Shown: piece after piece, positions 1 through 11,258 of the stretch
Numbering within the stretch: position 1 is the first letter of the stretch
How the letters are laid out: the number at the start of each line of letters is the position of its first letter
NCBI GenBank assembly: GCA_036172245.1
Contig: JAYWIR010000041.1
Coordinates: forward strand, 1,922,001 to 1,986,000
Reading direction: 5' to 3'
Origin: Raillietiella orientalis
Lineage: Eukaryota
DNA: 64,000 bases
Notes under the pieces: model-generated
What the model was told of the DNA's origin: nothing
Database searches by the model: none
The model's input: only the letters and a program-made list of their open reading frames with translations
Position numbers and translations under genes: made by a program

Positions 1-153
1 TGGAAGTGCCTCAGAATACCATATGCTGCCCCTTGGGCTACAATGCTTGGAGGCAGGAGGAGTGGGGACCAGGGCGCATGTGCCGATCACCACCCGAAGT
101 CTTTTCGTTCCGCCTGGTACTGCATGGAGGTAATCCGAAGGAACCCGAGGAAG

Positions 154-1700
154 TTTTCCGCCCGGTCACGCCGGGCGTTTCTTTGATTGAAAATAAACCA
201 ATTGATAACAAAAGTTTCCCGACGACAACAGGAAACAAAGGGGAGAATCCGTCAGTACGCAGGCCGAGGAAACGGAAAGTCCGGAAAGGAGTAGGAACAA
301 GGGGACAGCAAAAACAAACAAAATGGGTGGGAAGGGTAGGAAGGGATCTTTGGTTTCGCTCCGCGTGCATCCGGATGAAAACAAAAAGCACCGGGGAAGT
401 TACGGAACGGATGGGGATGGGTAACAAAGAAAAAAAATAATAAAAAGGGGGGAGGGGGGAGAAGGGAGTCACCAGGACTGCCGTTCCAAACCGTCCATCA
501 ACCGGCGGTAAATACCAGTGATGGTCTTGGCTTCCTCTTCCAGGTGAGGCCACCTTGCAGCTGCCCTGATGTGGATAGCTATCATTTTGGCGATCTTCCA
601 TCACTTCTTGGTCGTCTCGAGCACCTGTAGGGCCGCAACGATGGCACGGATACTACCCATGGTTGCCGTTGAAGCGCCCATCGAGAGACCTCTCGGCGCG
701 GAGAACCGTCGCAGCACGTCTCCGGCGGTACCCTCCTGGTGCAGGAGTGCTGATGTCAGCCTATGACACAGTTTTTGAAGGGCACTGCAGTCCAGAAGCA
801 GGTGCCTCGGATCGACTCTGCCGATCCTCACCTGGCGCAGTTCGGGGGTGGCAGCAGTGGCGGGAAACTCGGTGCCGTCTCTGGTTACACTGGAATCCCC
901 AGCGGATGAAGAGCAGTACGACGTGCTTCCAAGCGAGGAAGAACACGCAACTGTTCCAACAGTGGGAAGGGACCACGAGTAATTTGAGAAAGTGGATCCC
1001 AGCCATCGCAGCTCCCTCAACCGCAGTACTGTCCTATCTATAGGAGAGCAACGACGGCTGCCAACCGGTGGAGTTGGAGCTATCCTGATCCGCAGGAAAG
1101 GTGAGGAAACTACTGGACTGGGTTGGTCGGTGGTCCAGGTCACACACCGGGAATCGTCCAGTACACCGTCCAAAGGACAGTTAGTGCACTGGGGCTCCCC
1201 CGGCAACCAGTATCAGCCTTACTGGACGAGGTGTACCCCTTATCTGGCTGAGGGAAAGCGGAGGCGCTCCTGAGCCTGTTTTTCGGACTGTGGTGCTCTT
1301 CTTGTCGATGTTAAAAGGTAGATGCTTTAGGCCATGTTATCCGAAGCGATGGCAGTATGCAAAAGTCATTCGTGAAGAGGCTACCTGAGCCTAATGAATT
1401 CTCAGGACCCCATTATGATGGAAAGCCAGAAACTCTTCTCGGTCATCGAGGAGGGCTCGGTGGTGTGCTCCTGGTAGTCGCCTTGCCCCGGAGACACCCT
1501 CAAGGAGCTGCTGCCGAACTGCACAGCTACCACCCAGGGGCTAGCGGCTGCAGTTCCCGCTGTCCCGGTCCGAGAGTCCAGGGAGGGAGGGACTTTTTGT
1601 TTGCCGTTGCTACCCTACAGTTGGGCAGGAGGGATGGTGCCGCGTCTTGCCGGACGACGTGGAACGGTGGCGGCCAAGAGGTAAGAAGAAAGTTCCGAGA
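154..1700 (-). mobile_element. Decayed 3' part of L1/Tx1-like LINE (ORF2 C-terminus + 3'UTR)
   Basis: ORFs 601..1206 and 761..1006 match the ORF2 C-terminus of the 46198-52111 element (WGFQCNQRR, HLLLDC, DVLRRF, ATMGSIRAIV). Terminal hairpin cccgg-cgtga-ccggg then gaaaa ends at 154. 5' limit approximate. Confidence 0.8.
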
Positions 1701-1934
1701 GCAGCGAGGGAGAATTGGTCGAAAAGGCGGAACAAACCGAATGAATACTGGAAATCCATCCGCAGCGGAGGCGCCATCTTGTTTTTATAAATATGGGTGT
1801 AAAAAAAATCAGAATAAAAAATCAGCAAAAATCTGCAAGCTCTTAATCCATTTAAAAGCAAAACAAAGACGTAGAGCGCAGTAGAAAAATTGAAGATACG
1901 AGATAGGGAAACCGAAAACAAAAACCAAAAAAAT

Positions 1935-2500
1935 CTACCAAGATGAATTGAAAATGGAAAGGAAAAAAAAATCGGGAAGTCGGTGGCTGCTAGGCAACGG
2001 AGATCCGCGTTGAGCGCAGTCTGAAGTCTGGGGCAGTGAGAGGAATCTTCGGCGGGCTGTTGTTATCGAGGAGAGACGACTAAAGTGAACTGTCTGCCCT
2101 CTCCCCCCCCCCCCCCCCCCCATTTTCAACCATATGTAGCGCCCTTTTCCGCACTGCATCACCTGAGGCGAGATTCCGGGCTGGCCGGAGACCGCGAAAT
2201 TTCCGTGAAGCTGCGATAAAAGCCTGCTCGGCTGGGAAATTTCCCGTTCCTTCCCCACCCTCACCCCATGCCCACCCCGGGTGAGCGGACATCTCCACCT
2301 TCTCCCCTCTGTTGGCGGCAGCGCCTTTCTTGCACCGGGGTCCCCAGAGCACTCGGCCTCCCCAGGTTCCGGAGGGACTCATCCCAGGAGGATGTGAAGC
2401 CCCTGAGCTCGCGAGGGGAGGCTCCGCCCTTCGCGCGCGGTCCATGGAATCTGCTCCCCCTCCCCTTCCCTCAGAAGATGCCTCCCCCTACAGCGCCAAT
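1935..2500 (-). pseudogene. Possible degenerate LINE ORF1 remnant
   Basis: Weak similarity (GQPGISPQVMQCGKGRY) to the ORF1 first-knuckle region (GQSRTCEQCGKEGH). Heavily decayed and interrupted by a poly-C run at about 2103-2121. Confidence 0.3.
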
Positions 2501-2949
2501 CCTTCTCCCGCGGCGAGGGCTCAACTGCCTCCGGCACCTCGCGCCCTCCTCTGTCCCCCTCTTCTGCTGAAGCAGCTCCCTTTGCAGCTGAGATCAGCCA
2601 CGGAATCACCCCGTCTCGCGAACTGCATCTTTCAGGCAGCGGAGACCAAGCATCACTCGGGAGACGCCGGATGGGACCGACTCAGGAATGGTGGACGCCA
2701 GCCTCTAGACGACATTCGGGATCGCATTCGTCCCAGACCCGGATCTGTTTCCGTACTTCCCCTTCTCTCCTTCCCTCCCAAGCAGAACATTTCCAGGAAA
2801 GCCATCCCAGAACTTGCAATACTGGACTCCTCCAGATGAATCCAGGATTCTCCTGGCAGCATCCGACGCATCTGTCAAGTCAGAATGGTTTGATCATTAA
2901 GGGATGAATAAAATAGAGGAGCCCGTTCGACCGAGTGGGCATTCTCGCC

Positions 2950-3893
2950 ACGTAGCTACGTTTTCAGGGAGAACCATTACTCCTGGGAAGATTGCAAGGA
3001 GGAAATAAATAAAGTAATCCGGACAGGCGTGATCCTCACCTCTAGAGAAGAGCTGTTCTCGCCCCTGATTCGAATCCGAGCCCGCACCCCTTCTCTTTCT
3101 CGAGCGTTCGGCAGGTCCCCCCCCTCTGCTCCGCAGTTGCCTCTACCCTCAGCTCGGCTTTTCGTGTTGGCTCCCCACTTTCGTTTTCTCCGTGTCTCCT
3201 AATACGCCGGAAGCACACTGAGCAGGTGGAGGGAGGACCCTTGAAGACTTCTGGGTTCCTCCTTTGCTTCCAGCCCGGAGACACCACATGGCTATGTTGA
3301 ATCTTCTCCAGGACGTCCAGCAGGAATGACCACGCGGCCACTTTCAAGGGAGTCCGGGGCGGGGGGATGAGGATAGAGGTCTTCTGTGAAAGGCACTCCT
3401 TTTCCCCTATGACCGGAGCTGAATGGTAGAGACTTTTTGTTCCAGGAGAGATGACTTTACATCCGCACCCTTCAAGGCCTGCCCTCATCCTGCGGAGATG
3501 CTCTGGCAGCAAAGAATCGCTATCTCTGCTGCCAGCACCCATTCGACTTCCCACTGAGGCAACTCGCCTCCCGTAGTGGAAGACCACTCGTGGATCTCCT
3601 ACCGCCCTTTGAAGTACAGCGACTGACGGCAGGAGGCTGTTGAGTTCTGGGCTATGTTCCAGGGAATGAGCCCGGAGGACCTTTGCCTCCTGTGACACTT
3701 CCCACCACGACCTTAAGAAGCGGTGATGCAGGACACGGCAAAGTGGTCGGCCCTGGCCGCTGCACCCCTCTCCGCAGCGCTGTATACCCTGAGGGCGAGC
3801 GACGACATCTGCCAGCTGGGTGAGGCTGGAGTTTTCCTGCACCGTCGCAGGGAAAGACGAAATTCCTTGGCGGATGCAAGACGCACGGATTGG
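2950..3893 (+). pseudogene. Degenerate LINE ORF2 (post-RT) fragment
   Basis: MQDTAKWSALAAAPLSAALYTLRASDD (3723+) aligns with MQDKKMSDRLAATPLAAALSALRASND of ORF 49505..51694. FPLRQL..WIS motifs near 3550-3600. Confidence 0.7.
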
Positions 3894-4095
3894 TTTTCCA
3901 CCCGGGTTTACGGTGAAGTTTATTTAAAATAAAATAAACATTTACAATTTTTTGTGGTTGGACCTATGGTCTAATCAGGTCCAACATTTCTGTAGATACC
4001 CTGCCTCGTTAGCGGTTCGCAGACGGGTGAGGACCACCGCGTCAGCAGATGGGAGGGGCCAAACAAAAAGAAAAATAAAAAAATAAAACCGTTCG
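3894..4095 (-). mobile_element. LINE 3'UTR/terminus-only fragment
   Basis: T-rich tract, C tract, structured domain, AATAAA and a degenerate terminal hairpin ending ccgggtggaaaa. Confidence 0.75.
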
Positions 4096-4610
4096 GGGGT
4101 TGCCACCCAGTCACGCCGGGGCATTTATTAGAAAACTTGACAATCTTTGAGGTACGAGCCAACACAACAACTGAGCTGCCGGGTTTTCGGTATACAGACC
4201 GACTTGACTCTCCTCGGCAGCGGAGGGGGAAGGAGGAAAAAAAAATAATTAAGAAAAAGAAACAATTTAGAGGGCCGGGAAGGGATCACTGTGCGCTTGC
4301 GGGAGGGTCCATCCTTTGCAGGATGTCGTTGAGTCCATCCGTATGCTTCCCAGGTGGGGCCATCTGGTCGCAATCCGCAGAAAGCGAACTGCAAATTCGA
4401 TGGCGTCCCTTTCTCTGCTTCTCTGTGGGCTTCGCTCCACGTAGCCACAATCCCACACCTGGCACAGTTGGCACTCTTCCCAACTCGTCCCAAACGTTGA
4501 TTATCGTGTTGCACCAGAAAGAGCGCAGGTTGGCTGTTAAGGCGGCTGGGAAGCCCATGCGATCCAGGAGCTCAAGAAGAAGCGTCTGATCCACGCAGTT
4601 GAACGCTCTG

Positions 4611-5698
4611 AATCACCTGTCGCCCCGCGAACGGTAGTGCCTGGCTGCAGGAAACCGTTCGCACGTGGGCACAGAGCGAGATGCAACGCGCCGTACAGAA
4701 ACGACGGTTCCTGTTCGGGCGCTAAAGTTGCACGCTCCGAGAAATCCTGGAGATCCCAAGAAGAGAGCTTGGTCAGGAAGAACCCTCCTCGCTGCTGCGC
4801 CGGCCCTCCTAAGGGAAGATCTGGACAGCGATGTTGCGGCGAAGTGGGAGGTTACAGTTACCATCTCCGGAAAGGAGAAGAAGCTAGGAGAGTGGAAGAC
4901 GAGCCAGCTTACAGACGCTGCGACCCTGAGTACGCCTCGCCATGGACTTCTGCGCTGGGGCGCGCTGTTCCCATTGAACATCTGAAGTGGCCCCGGTTCT
5001 TATGAACACTTCCACCCTCCCCTTAAAATGGCAAGAGTCGGCTCTACTGTTGCAGCACTGGGGACTCCCCTGCAACGCCCGCCGACACCATTGGACCTCG
5101 GGGACGGTGAACCCTAATTGTGTTAGGTGTGAGGAACGGGAGTCCCTCCCCCACCTCCTTATGGATTGTGTTGCCCTTCGGCTCCTTTGACTACGCTTTG
5201 CCGCGGCCATCAGAATCCCCTGTGGCAACCCCAGGGACTCACTGAAGTCCCTTTTTGTGTCGGACGCACTTCGAACTGCGGTCTCGTTAGCAACCTGTGC
5301 TGCCTTCATGGGATCGTCGCCGCTTGGAGCAAGGCAACGGGAGGACCTCGAGATAAGGTGCCATCCAACGCGCCGCCGAATTTTAGGAGAGGGCGTCGCG
5401 ATGACCCTACCTGGATCCAGAAATACAGAGAGAGCTTGCCGGCATCCTGCGAAGGATGCAACAGCCCCAGCAACAATAGTGATCCCTTCCCTTCCCTTCC
5501 CACGTTTTCTTTTCTTTTTGTTTAGTTTTTTGTTTGTTCCCCCTTCCCCCTGCTGCCGTGGTGAACCGTACCGGTCAGCGAACCGGTGACCCGGCAGGCT
5601 CTGTATTGTTTCTTCGGGCGTGGCTGGATCACTGGCCTAGCCACAGCGCGTGTTAGAGTTTGTTTTTAATAAACGCTCCGGCGAAAACCGGGTGAAAA
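4611..5698 (+). mobile_element. 5'-truncated LINE inserted antisense into the RT KAFD motif of element V
   Basis: ORF2 C-terminus (LPLKWQE..HWGLPCNARR..CVRC..HLLMDC), 3'UTR and terminus ccgggtgaaaa. Imperfect 12-bp TSD ttgaacgctctg (4599-4610) / tcgaacgctttg (5699-5710). Confidence 0.9.
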
Positions 5699-6780
5699 TC
5701 GAACGCTTTGCGCAGATCAACCGCGACCGCAAGGCTCCCGACGCATCCCTCGACAGAGGACCTCCCTGTCCCTGGCTCGCGGGTAGTCGAGGATTCCCAC
5801 GGCCGGCTGTCACCCCGCTGTAGCAACGCGAGCCAGGTCCGCGCGAGGAACAGGTTGGCTTCCATCGATCGGCTGGGAACAGCGTACATCTGCTCCGGAC
5901 TTATGAATATTTCGGCCACCCGTCCGATGCTCGCGGACCACAGTTTCGCGGCAGCTTGACGTCTGCATTCACCACTGTTACGGAACGTCAGTTGCCGATG
6001 TTGTGTAGGTCTCCTCCCTTCGGGAGGAGCTGACCGGAACGAGTCGGGAAACTCGTCCGTTTCTCGAGTCAGCACTTCCATCTTGTGCACCAAGGGCGCG
6101 AGCTCTACCGCAAAGCTTTGGTAAAACTCTGCGGGCAGGCCATCCTTCCCTGGAGCTTTCCTTTTCCGGAGCTTTCCGATGACGTTGATGATTTCGCCAA
6201 TCGAGAAAGGTTCCGTGAGCTTCTGCCGGGACTCCTTCACTGGAGCGCATTCTAGCAGAAGGTGCCGCGAGAAGTCGTGCTGCAGTGGTGACTTTGCGTA
6301 AAGGGAGTAGTAGTAATGTTGAAGTCGCTTGCAATCAGGTGGTCCTTGTGCACGCACGCCTCAGAGAGCCATCTGCGTTGCAGGGCGTCCAAAAGTTTTT
6401 GCGCACCTGGTGCAGGTTGGAGCTGCTCTGTGCGTAGACGTTGGTAACGACAAGGTCGATCGAGTCGGACCACTTGAGCACAAGCTGGCCGACCCTACCT
6501 TTCGCGTCGAACCGCACGCTATGCACCGTACGCATGATGCCTGACTTCAGCAGAAGGCCACCCCTTTCGATTTACGGTGCCGCACCGCCAGTGCAGCTTT
6601 CCGCCCGCGATCCGTTCGAAATCGGCGGCATCCTCGTCCGAGATCATGTGGATCTCTTGGAGGAGCACCAAGGAGAATTTTCGCAAGGAGTGGGATGCAT
6701 CGCGCCCTTTTCCCGTCGTTGCGCAGGCCGTTCACGTTCCAAAGGACCGCGCAAGCTACGGAAGGGCGCGATGCCACGCA

Positions 6781-8430
6781 TTACTTCAGGGAATCCGACG
6801 GCGTAGCACTCGAGAGGCTCTCGGCCGGCACGATGATTGGGCAGGGAGGAGGAAAGGGGAACCTGAAACCCATCCCTTTCCTCTATCCCTTCTTTTTTTG
6901 CAGGGATCCACAAGGCGGCCTTCACGGAGGATTCCCGGAAGCTTTCCTGCTTTTCTGTTACGGAGGCTTCTTCCTGTTCGACTTATTGTGCCGGGAGCGT
7001 TCTAGTCGCTTTGGCCTTTCGCGTGCCGAGTGGCGAAATCCCGGCTCGGGGCAACAGGTCACGGCATCCCGATTCCGACGACCTCTGGAGAGGCCTCTTC
7101 GAGGATCTCCAGATTTCTTTCCGGCCGGCCTTTGAGGCTGCGCGCGCTGTTACGTCTTCGACGGTCGGTGGCTCCGCAGTCGCAGCGTTCGCCATCGCGC
7201 CGTTGGGTGCGGTTGCTTCTTCATCGACGAGTCGATCAGAAGCAGGCTGCTTTCCCGCGTCGAGGTTAACTGGAGCGGCCTCCGCGTCGATCGCGCTATT
7301 TTCGAGGCCACTGATCGCAATGACCACGACCTTCGTAGTCTGCCTAGAAGCGCGATCGTTAGCGCCTTTCGAGGCCTTCGGAGCTTTAGGCCGCGAAAGT
7401 CGCGGGATTTTTTCCATTTTCAAGTTGAAACTTTTTTTTTCCCCGACAGGTCACCACCGTCCAGCTTCTTTCTCCGGCAGTACCTCGGGGTCAACGGGAC
7501 CCACCTCGGCTGTATCGGGGGAAGGGACCTCCTTGCTGGCATCCCCCACCTGTTTTTCTCCTTTGGGGGAAATCGCGCTCGATCTTCTCTTCATTTGGTT
7601 TTGTTTTTTCTTTTTTTTCCTCCGGCACGCTCTTGAAAGCTCTGCTGGGTCTGAGCGGGCAGAAAAATTTAATATGCCCGCTCTTCCCGCATTTTTGGCA
7701 CAGAAGGTCGGGACATCTTCTCTCCAGGTGCTACGACTTGCCACAGTGCATGCAGACCTTTGGCTTCCCCTCACAAACTAGAGATCGATGAGTTCACCAC
7801 GACCTCTAGTTTGTGAAGAAACCCTTACCCTTCTTGGACGACCACGCGCGCTCCGGCTATCCCACCGATCATCCCCTTGGAGTCGGGGAAGATGCTGGGC
7901 TTTGACCACAGTTCGTGGACCGTCCCGTATTGCTACAGTGAGCGGATGATCGCTTCTTTGATCATCCTCACCGTAACTCCGGTAGAGTGTACGACCATAG
8001 AGAGGTCCTTCGTCACTGGGAAGAGCTTGCGCCTTCCGATTGTGATCGGTACGTGCAGTAGTCTTTGGGTAAGGCTCGCCTCCTTGCAAGCCACCTCGAT
8101 TGTTTGCCCACCACTCAGAATGGGCGACGAAAGACCTCCTGTTTTACTTGCAGCTTGTGCAGCTCCTCCGAGAAGCGCGCTACTGCGGGATTCTACAGTT
8201 GACCTACCTTGTACCTCAGGCATGGGTTGTGGCTTCGAGGAGAGGTAAGCCTTAGCCTCTTCCGCGGCCGCTGGCGAGGGTGCCGCAGCCACAGCGCTCC
8301 ACAGCGTCCTCCTGGGGGACGTCGATTCTTCCAAGGAAGGGACGGGATCCACCTCCACCGCCCTGAGTGCTGGGGCTTTCACTCCTGCTCCCTGGGCTTC
8401 AGTGGCAGGGCCACTTGACATTTCAGCCAT
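6781..8430 (-). pseudogene. LINE ORF1 (gag-like, zinc knuckle), frameshifted
   Basis: WSAVAAAPSPAAAEE..IEVACK..LTQRLLHVP..DLSMVVH is homologous to ORF1 at 38509+. Broken CCHC knuckles at about 7700-7770. Confidence 0.8.
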
Positions 8431-8503
8431 CAGGCCGCCTCCAAACAGTCACACCAAACAAAACACCAAACTCTCGGAGAGTGCCAATGCACGTCCGACC
8501 GAC

Positions 8504-9029
8504 ATGGTGATCGCAGAGATGGGTTGCATGGAAGCCATCGTCACGGCCCGCCATGTGCTGGAGACGATGGCGCATCGAAGGGAGGTCACTGGGATGGCAG
8601 CCGCCTACAGGAGGACGACCTCAAGGTGACCTCACCGGCAAGAGGAAGTGAAGGCGAAGATCGTCGGCATCCAGCACCGTTTCTGAAGTGAAGGAACGGC
8701 CGACACCGATGAGCCTTGTCCCATCTTCCTTTTTCCTCTTTTGTTTTTTTTATTGATCACTCCCTTTCGCTCCGGACCTTTCTCGTTTTTTTGTGTATTT
8801 CTCCCAGTGCATGTGGAGCGACGCCAATGACCCTTGCCCCACCCCCCCGGATTTTCTCATTTTTTGTTGCCCCCCTTCCCTTCTCTCCCATTCCGGACTT
8901 TTAGGGTATCCTGACCTACGTGTGGATGGTGCCTCCTCCTGAACTTCTTTTTGTCTTCTGTTGGGAGCTGCGTCTTCCCCACTTGTTTATTTTTATAAAA
9001 TAAACGTCCCGGCGCGTCCGGCTGAAAAA
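8504..9029 (+). mobile_element. LINE ORF2 extreme C-terminus + 3'UTR
   Basis: MGCMEAIVTAR resembles MCCIRAIVKAR. Pyrimidine-rich UTR. Terminus aataaacgtcccggcgcgtccggctgaaaaa. Confidence 0.75.
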
Positions 9030-9970
9030 TCCCTCAAGGCCTACTGCCACACGGATGTCCTTTCTTCACTGCACCCGAGACGCTCTCAAACGGCGCTCTG
9101 TGACGATGGTGCGGATGCAGCATCTCGTCGCAACCACGGCGCTTGACGAAAGAGGTCGCCACGTACGAAGGATCTCCGTAGGCAAGTCCACAGAGGTGTC
9201 CTTCGGGCGGCGGGCACCCTCGAGAATGTGTCTAGCATACGTTCTTGAGAGCGCTGCAGTCCAACAGGAGGTACAGGAACGATTCCATCGCACAAGGAAG
9301 CAGTTTGGGGACGCAACTCCCTCCCCTCCCAGAAACCAGGTGCATGCTCCGGTTGCACTGGAATCCCCGGTGCAGAAACGTCTTGTTACGACCGCGTCGG
9401 AAACACCGAAGTGTTCACACACAAAGGAAGGAGCCCAAGTTTGTCAGGGAACACAGTGAGGAAGGAGCTCTTTCACTGTAGCAATCTCTTCGTCCGGGAA
9501 CGAAAAGTGGCAGCGTCTACCAACTCGCTCGTCTCCCAGACGTCAAGGAGTTTCTTGACTCTGGCAATCATACGGAAGAGCTACCAGACCCGCTGGTCAA
9601 CAGCCTAAGCAGCGCCTCACAGGGCCTTCCTGAGGAGGTGCTGATCCCGGATCTTCACAGGAAAAGGAAAAGGCAAACAGAAAACAAGGGGAGAAGGGAC
9701 GACAGAAGAATTCTAGATGGTGGCCTATCCCAGCAAGGCGAATTCTCCATCGAGGAATGGGCTGGGGGCCATCTCAGCCCCTTGGATGCAGACTGACCAC
9801 GCATCTGCAACGCAAAAGTCGCCGCCCACGCCTTCGAGGTACTTGAAGCACCTTCCTGCAGCGATTCTCAGATAGATCCGGTCTTCCATTGGCCCTTCCT
9901 GCGACGCACCCACCGGAGCGACCATGCACTTCGTCCTGTTGACGCACACGTCCTCTCTCCGGCTGGTCAT
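9030..9970 (-). pseudogene. Degenerate LINE ORF2 fragments (RT C-terminal part and zinc-finger region)
   Basis: VNRTKCMVAPVG..FKYL..GDFCVADAWS..FLDGEFAL (9725..9970) and a decayed PPNC..CG-like region at about 9250-9370. Confidence 0.7.
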
Positions 9971-10229
9971 TGTGAAGAAGTCCTCAAGCGATTTCTTTGG
10001 GCTCGGCTGCGAAACGGATGCTCAATGGATCCTCTAAGCATCCGCTTCGTGGATGCGTTCTGGTGCGCACTCGTGGGCACAGCCCTGAGACCCGCAGGGC
10101 TCGAACACATAAAGGAGAAGGGAGGAACCCGCAGCCGAGAGGCGGGAGCACCCATCGAAAGGAAAAATGATGGCTTCTGTTGAGTTCGATCCTTTGTGAC
10201 CAGTTTGATGAGTGAGTGTAAGCGATGGG

Positions 10230-11258
10230 ACCGGCAAAAAAATCGCTTCAATCGTTGTCCCGCGGTGGACCACGAAGGAGTGATGGTGGCAGGGAAGAAA
10301 CTGGCATTTGTAGGCGCTCATTCGTTTCGTGCGGAAAACTGGATGGACTCTTGGCCCGTTCCTCCAAGGCAGTTTCCTCTTTCCAGAGTGGGACGAGGTC
10401 TGGGATACTTTGTGATCCCCGTTCTTCGTCCCTTGCATTTTGTTTTCCCACCCACCCACTCACCTACCCAAGCAAGTTGGAAAGAGGACATGGAACTTTC
10501 TGTGAAATGCCCTTCGGGGCGTAGGGAGGTTCTGCGTTCGATTGGAAAACCTCTGTGCTCTGAGTCGGTAAAGTGGACTTGAATATCCCAACACTGAAAC
10601 GAATGGAGCTTCAGCTGCATTTCAAGAGATCAGCCATACCGGCCAAGTAGTGGACCACCCACTGGTGCGTCCCAGGACGTCTTCTCGCCCGAGAAGCGGC
10701 TGGCTGCAAAGGATTGACTTCCTCGCAGCCACCGGAGTCTAGACGCCTGTCTGCAGTTTCCCACTCCCGCAAGTGGCCTCCCTTACAAAAGCACACCAGT
10801 GGATCTCCTGCTGACTCCCACGAACACTCATGCCTGGCAGCAGAAGACAGTTTGAACGTGGGCTGAGATTTTCAATTTTACGTGTGACGTCACAAAGTGC
10901 AGGCAGTTCCATCGAAATGGCGAAGAACCGTGGAGGCGTGGGCAGCGAACCAGTACTGCTGTTTTGCCACCCCCTTCGCTTCGGAAATGTCCTCCACTCC
11001 GGGATCCACTGCTCCTGACTAGCAGGGAATTGGGAGGTTTCCTGAGAGATCTCAAGAAGAAGTTTCGAGATGCCTGAATCCTCAAGTGCTTAAGAAGTCT
11101 GGTATTTCTTTCCCTTTCTAACCCTTCCATGATGTGGATCTCGCTGGCGCCTCAATGGACGGTCGGACTTGGCAGCGCGTATGCTCCCATCGACTCCTGT
11201 CTGTTTACTTTTTTTTGTAAAAAAGAAAAAGGAGCGTCCCGACACAACTGGGCAGAAA
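10230..11258 (+). mobile_element. Old degenerate LINE 3' half
   Basis: Manual translation gives LGPF..SFLFPE..VWDT / VIPVLRPLHFVFPP, LKRMELQL and WCVPGRLLAR, followed by a degenerate terminus gcgtcccgacacaactgggcagaaa. Confidence 0.65.

Larger units (their letters stand above)
4100..8503 (-). mobile_element. Internally deleted L1/Tx1-like LINE with both ends (element V), interrupted by an antisense insertion
   Basis: 5' motif TCGGACGTG at about 8490-8498. ORF1 pieces 8430-6781. APE motifs (WNVNG, NVYA, SDFN) and RT motifs (KAPGKDGLPAEFY, VDLRKAFD). RT resumes at 4610 (AFNCVDQ). 3'UTR and terminal hairpin at about 4100. Confidence 0.85.

Noticed and set aside
3042..3842. 266-aa minus-strand ORF
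   Set aside because: Antisense shadow of a decayed plus-strand ORF2 fragment.
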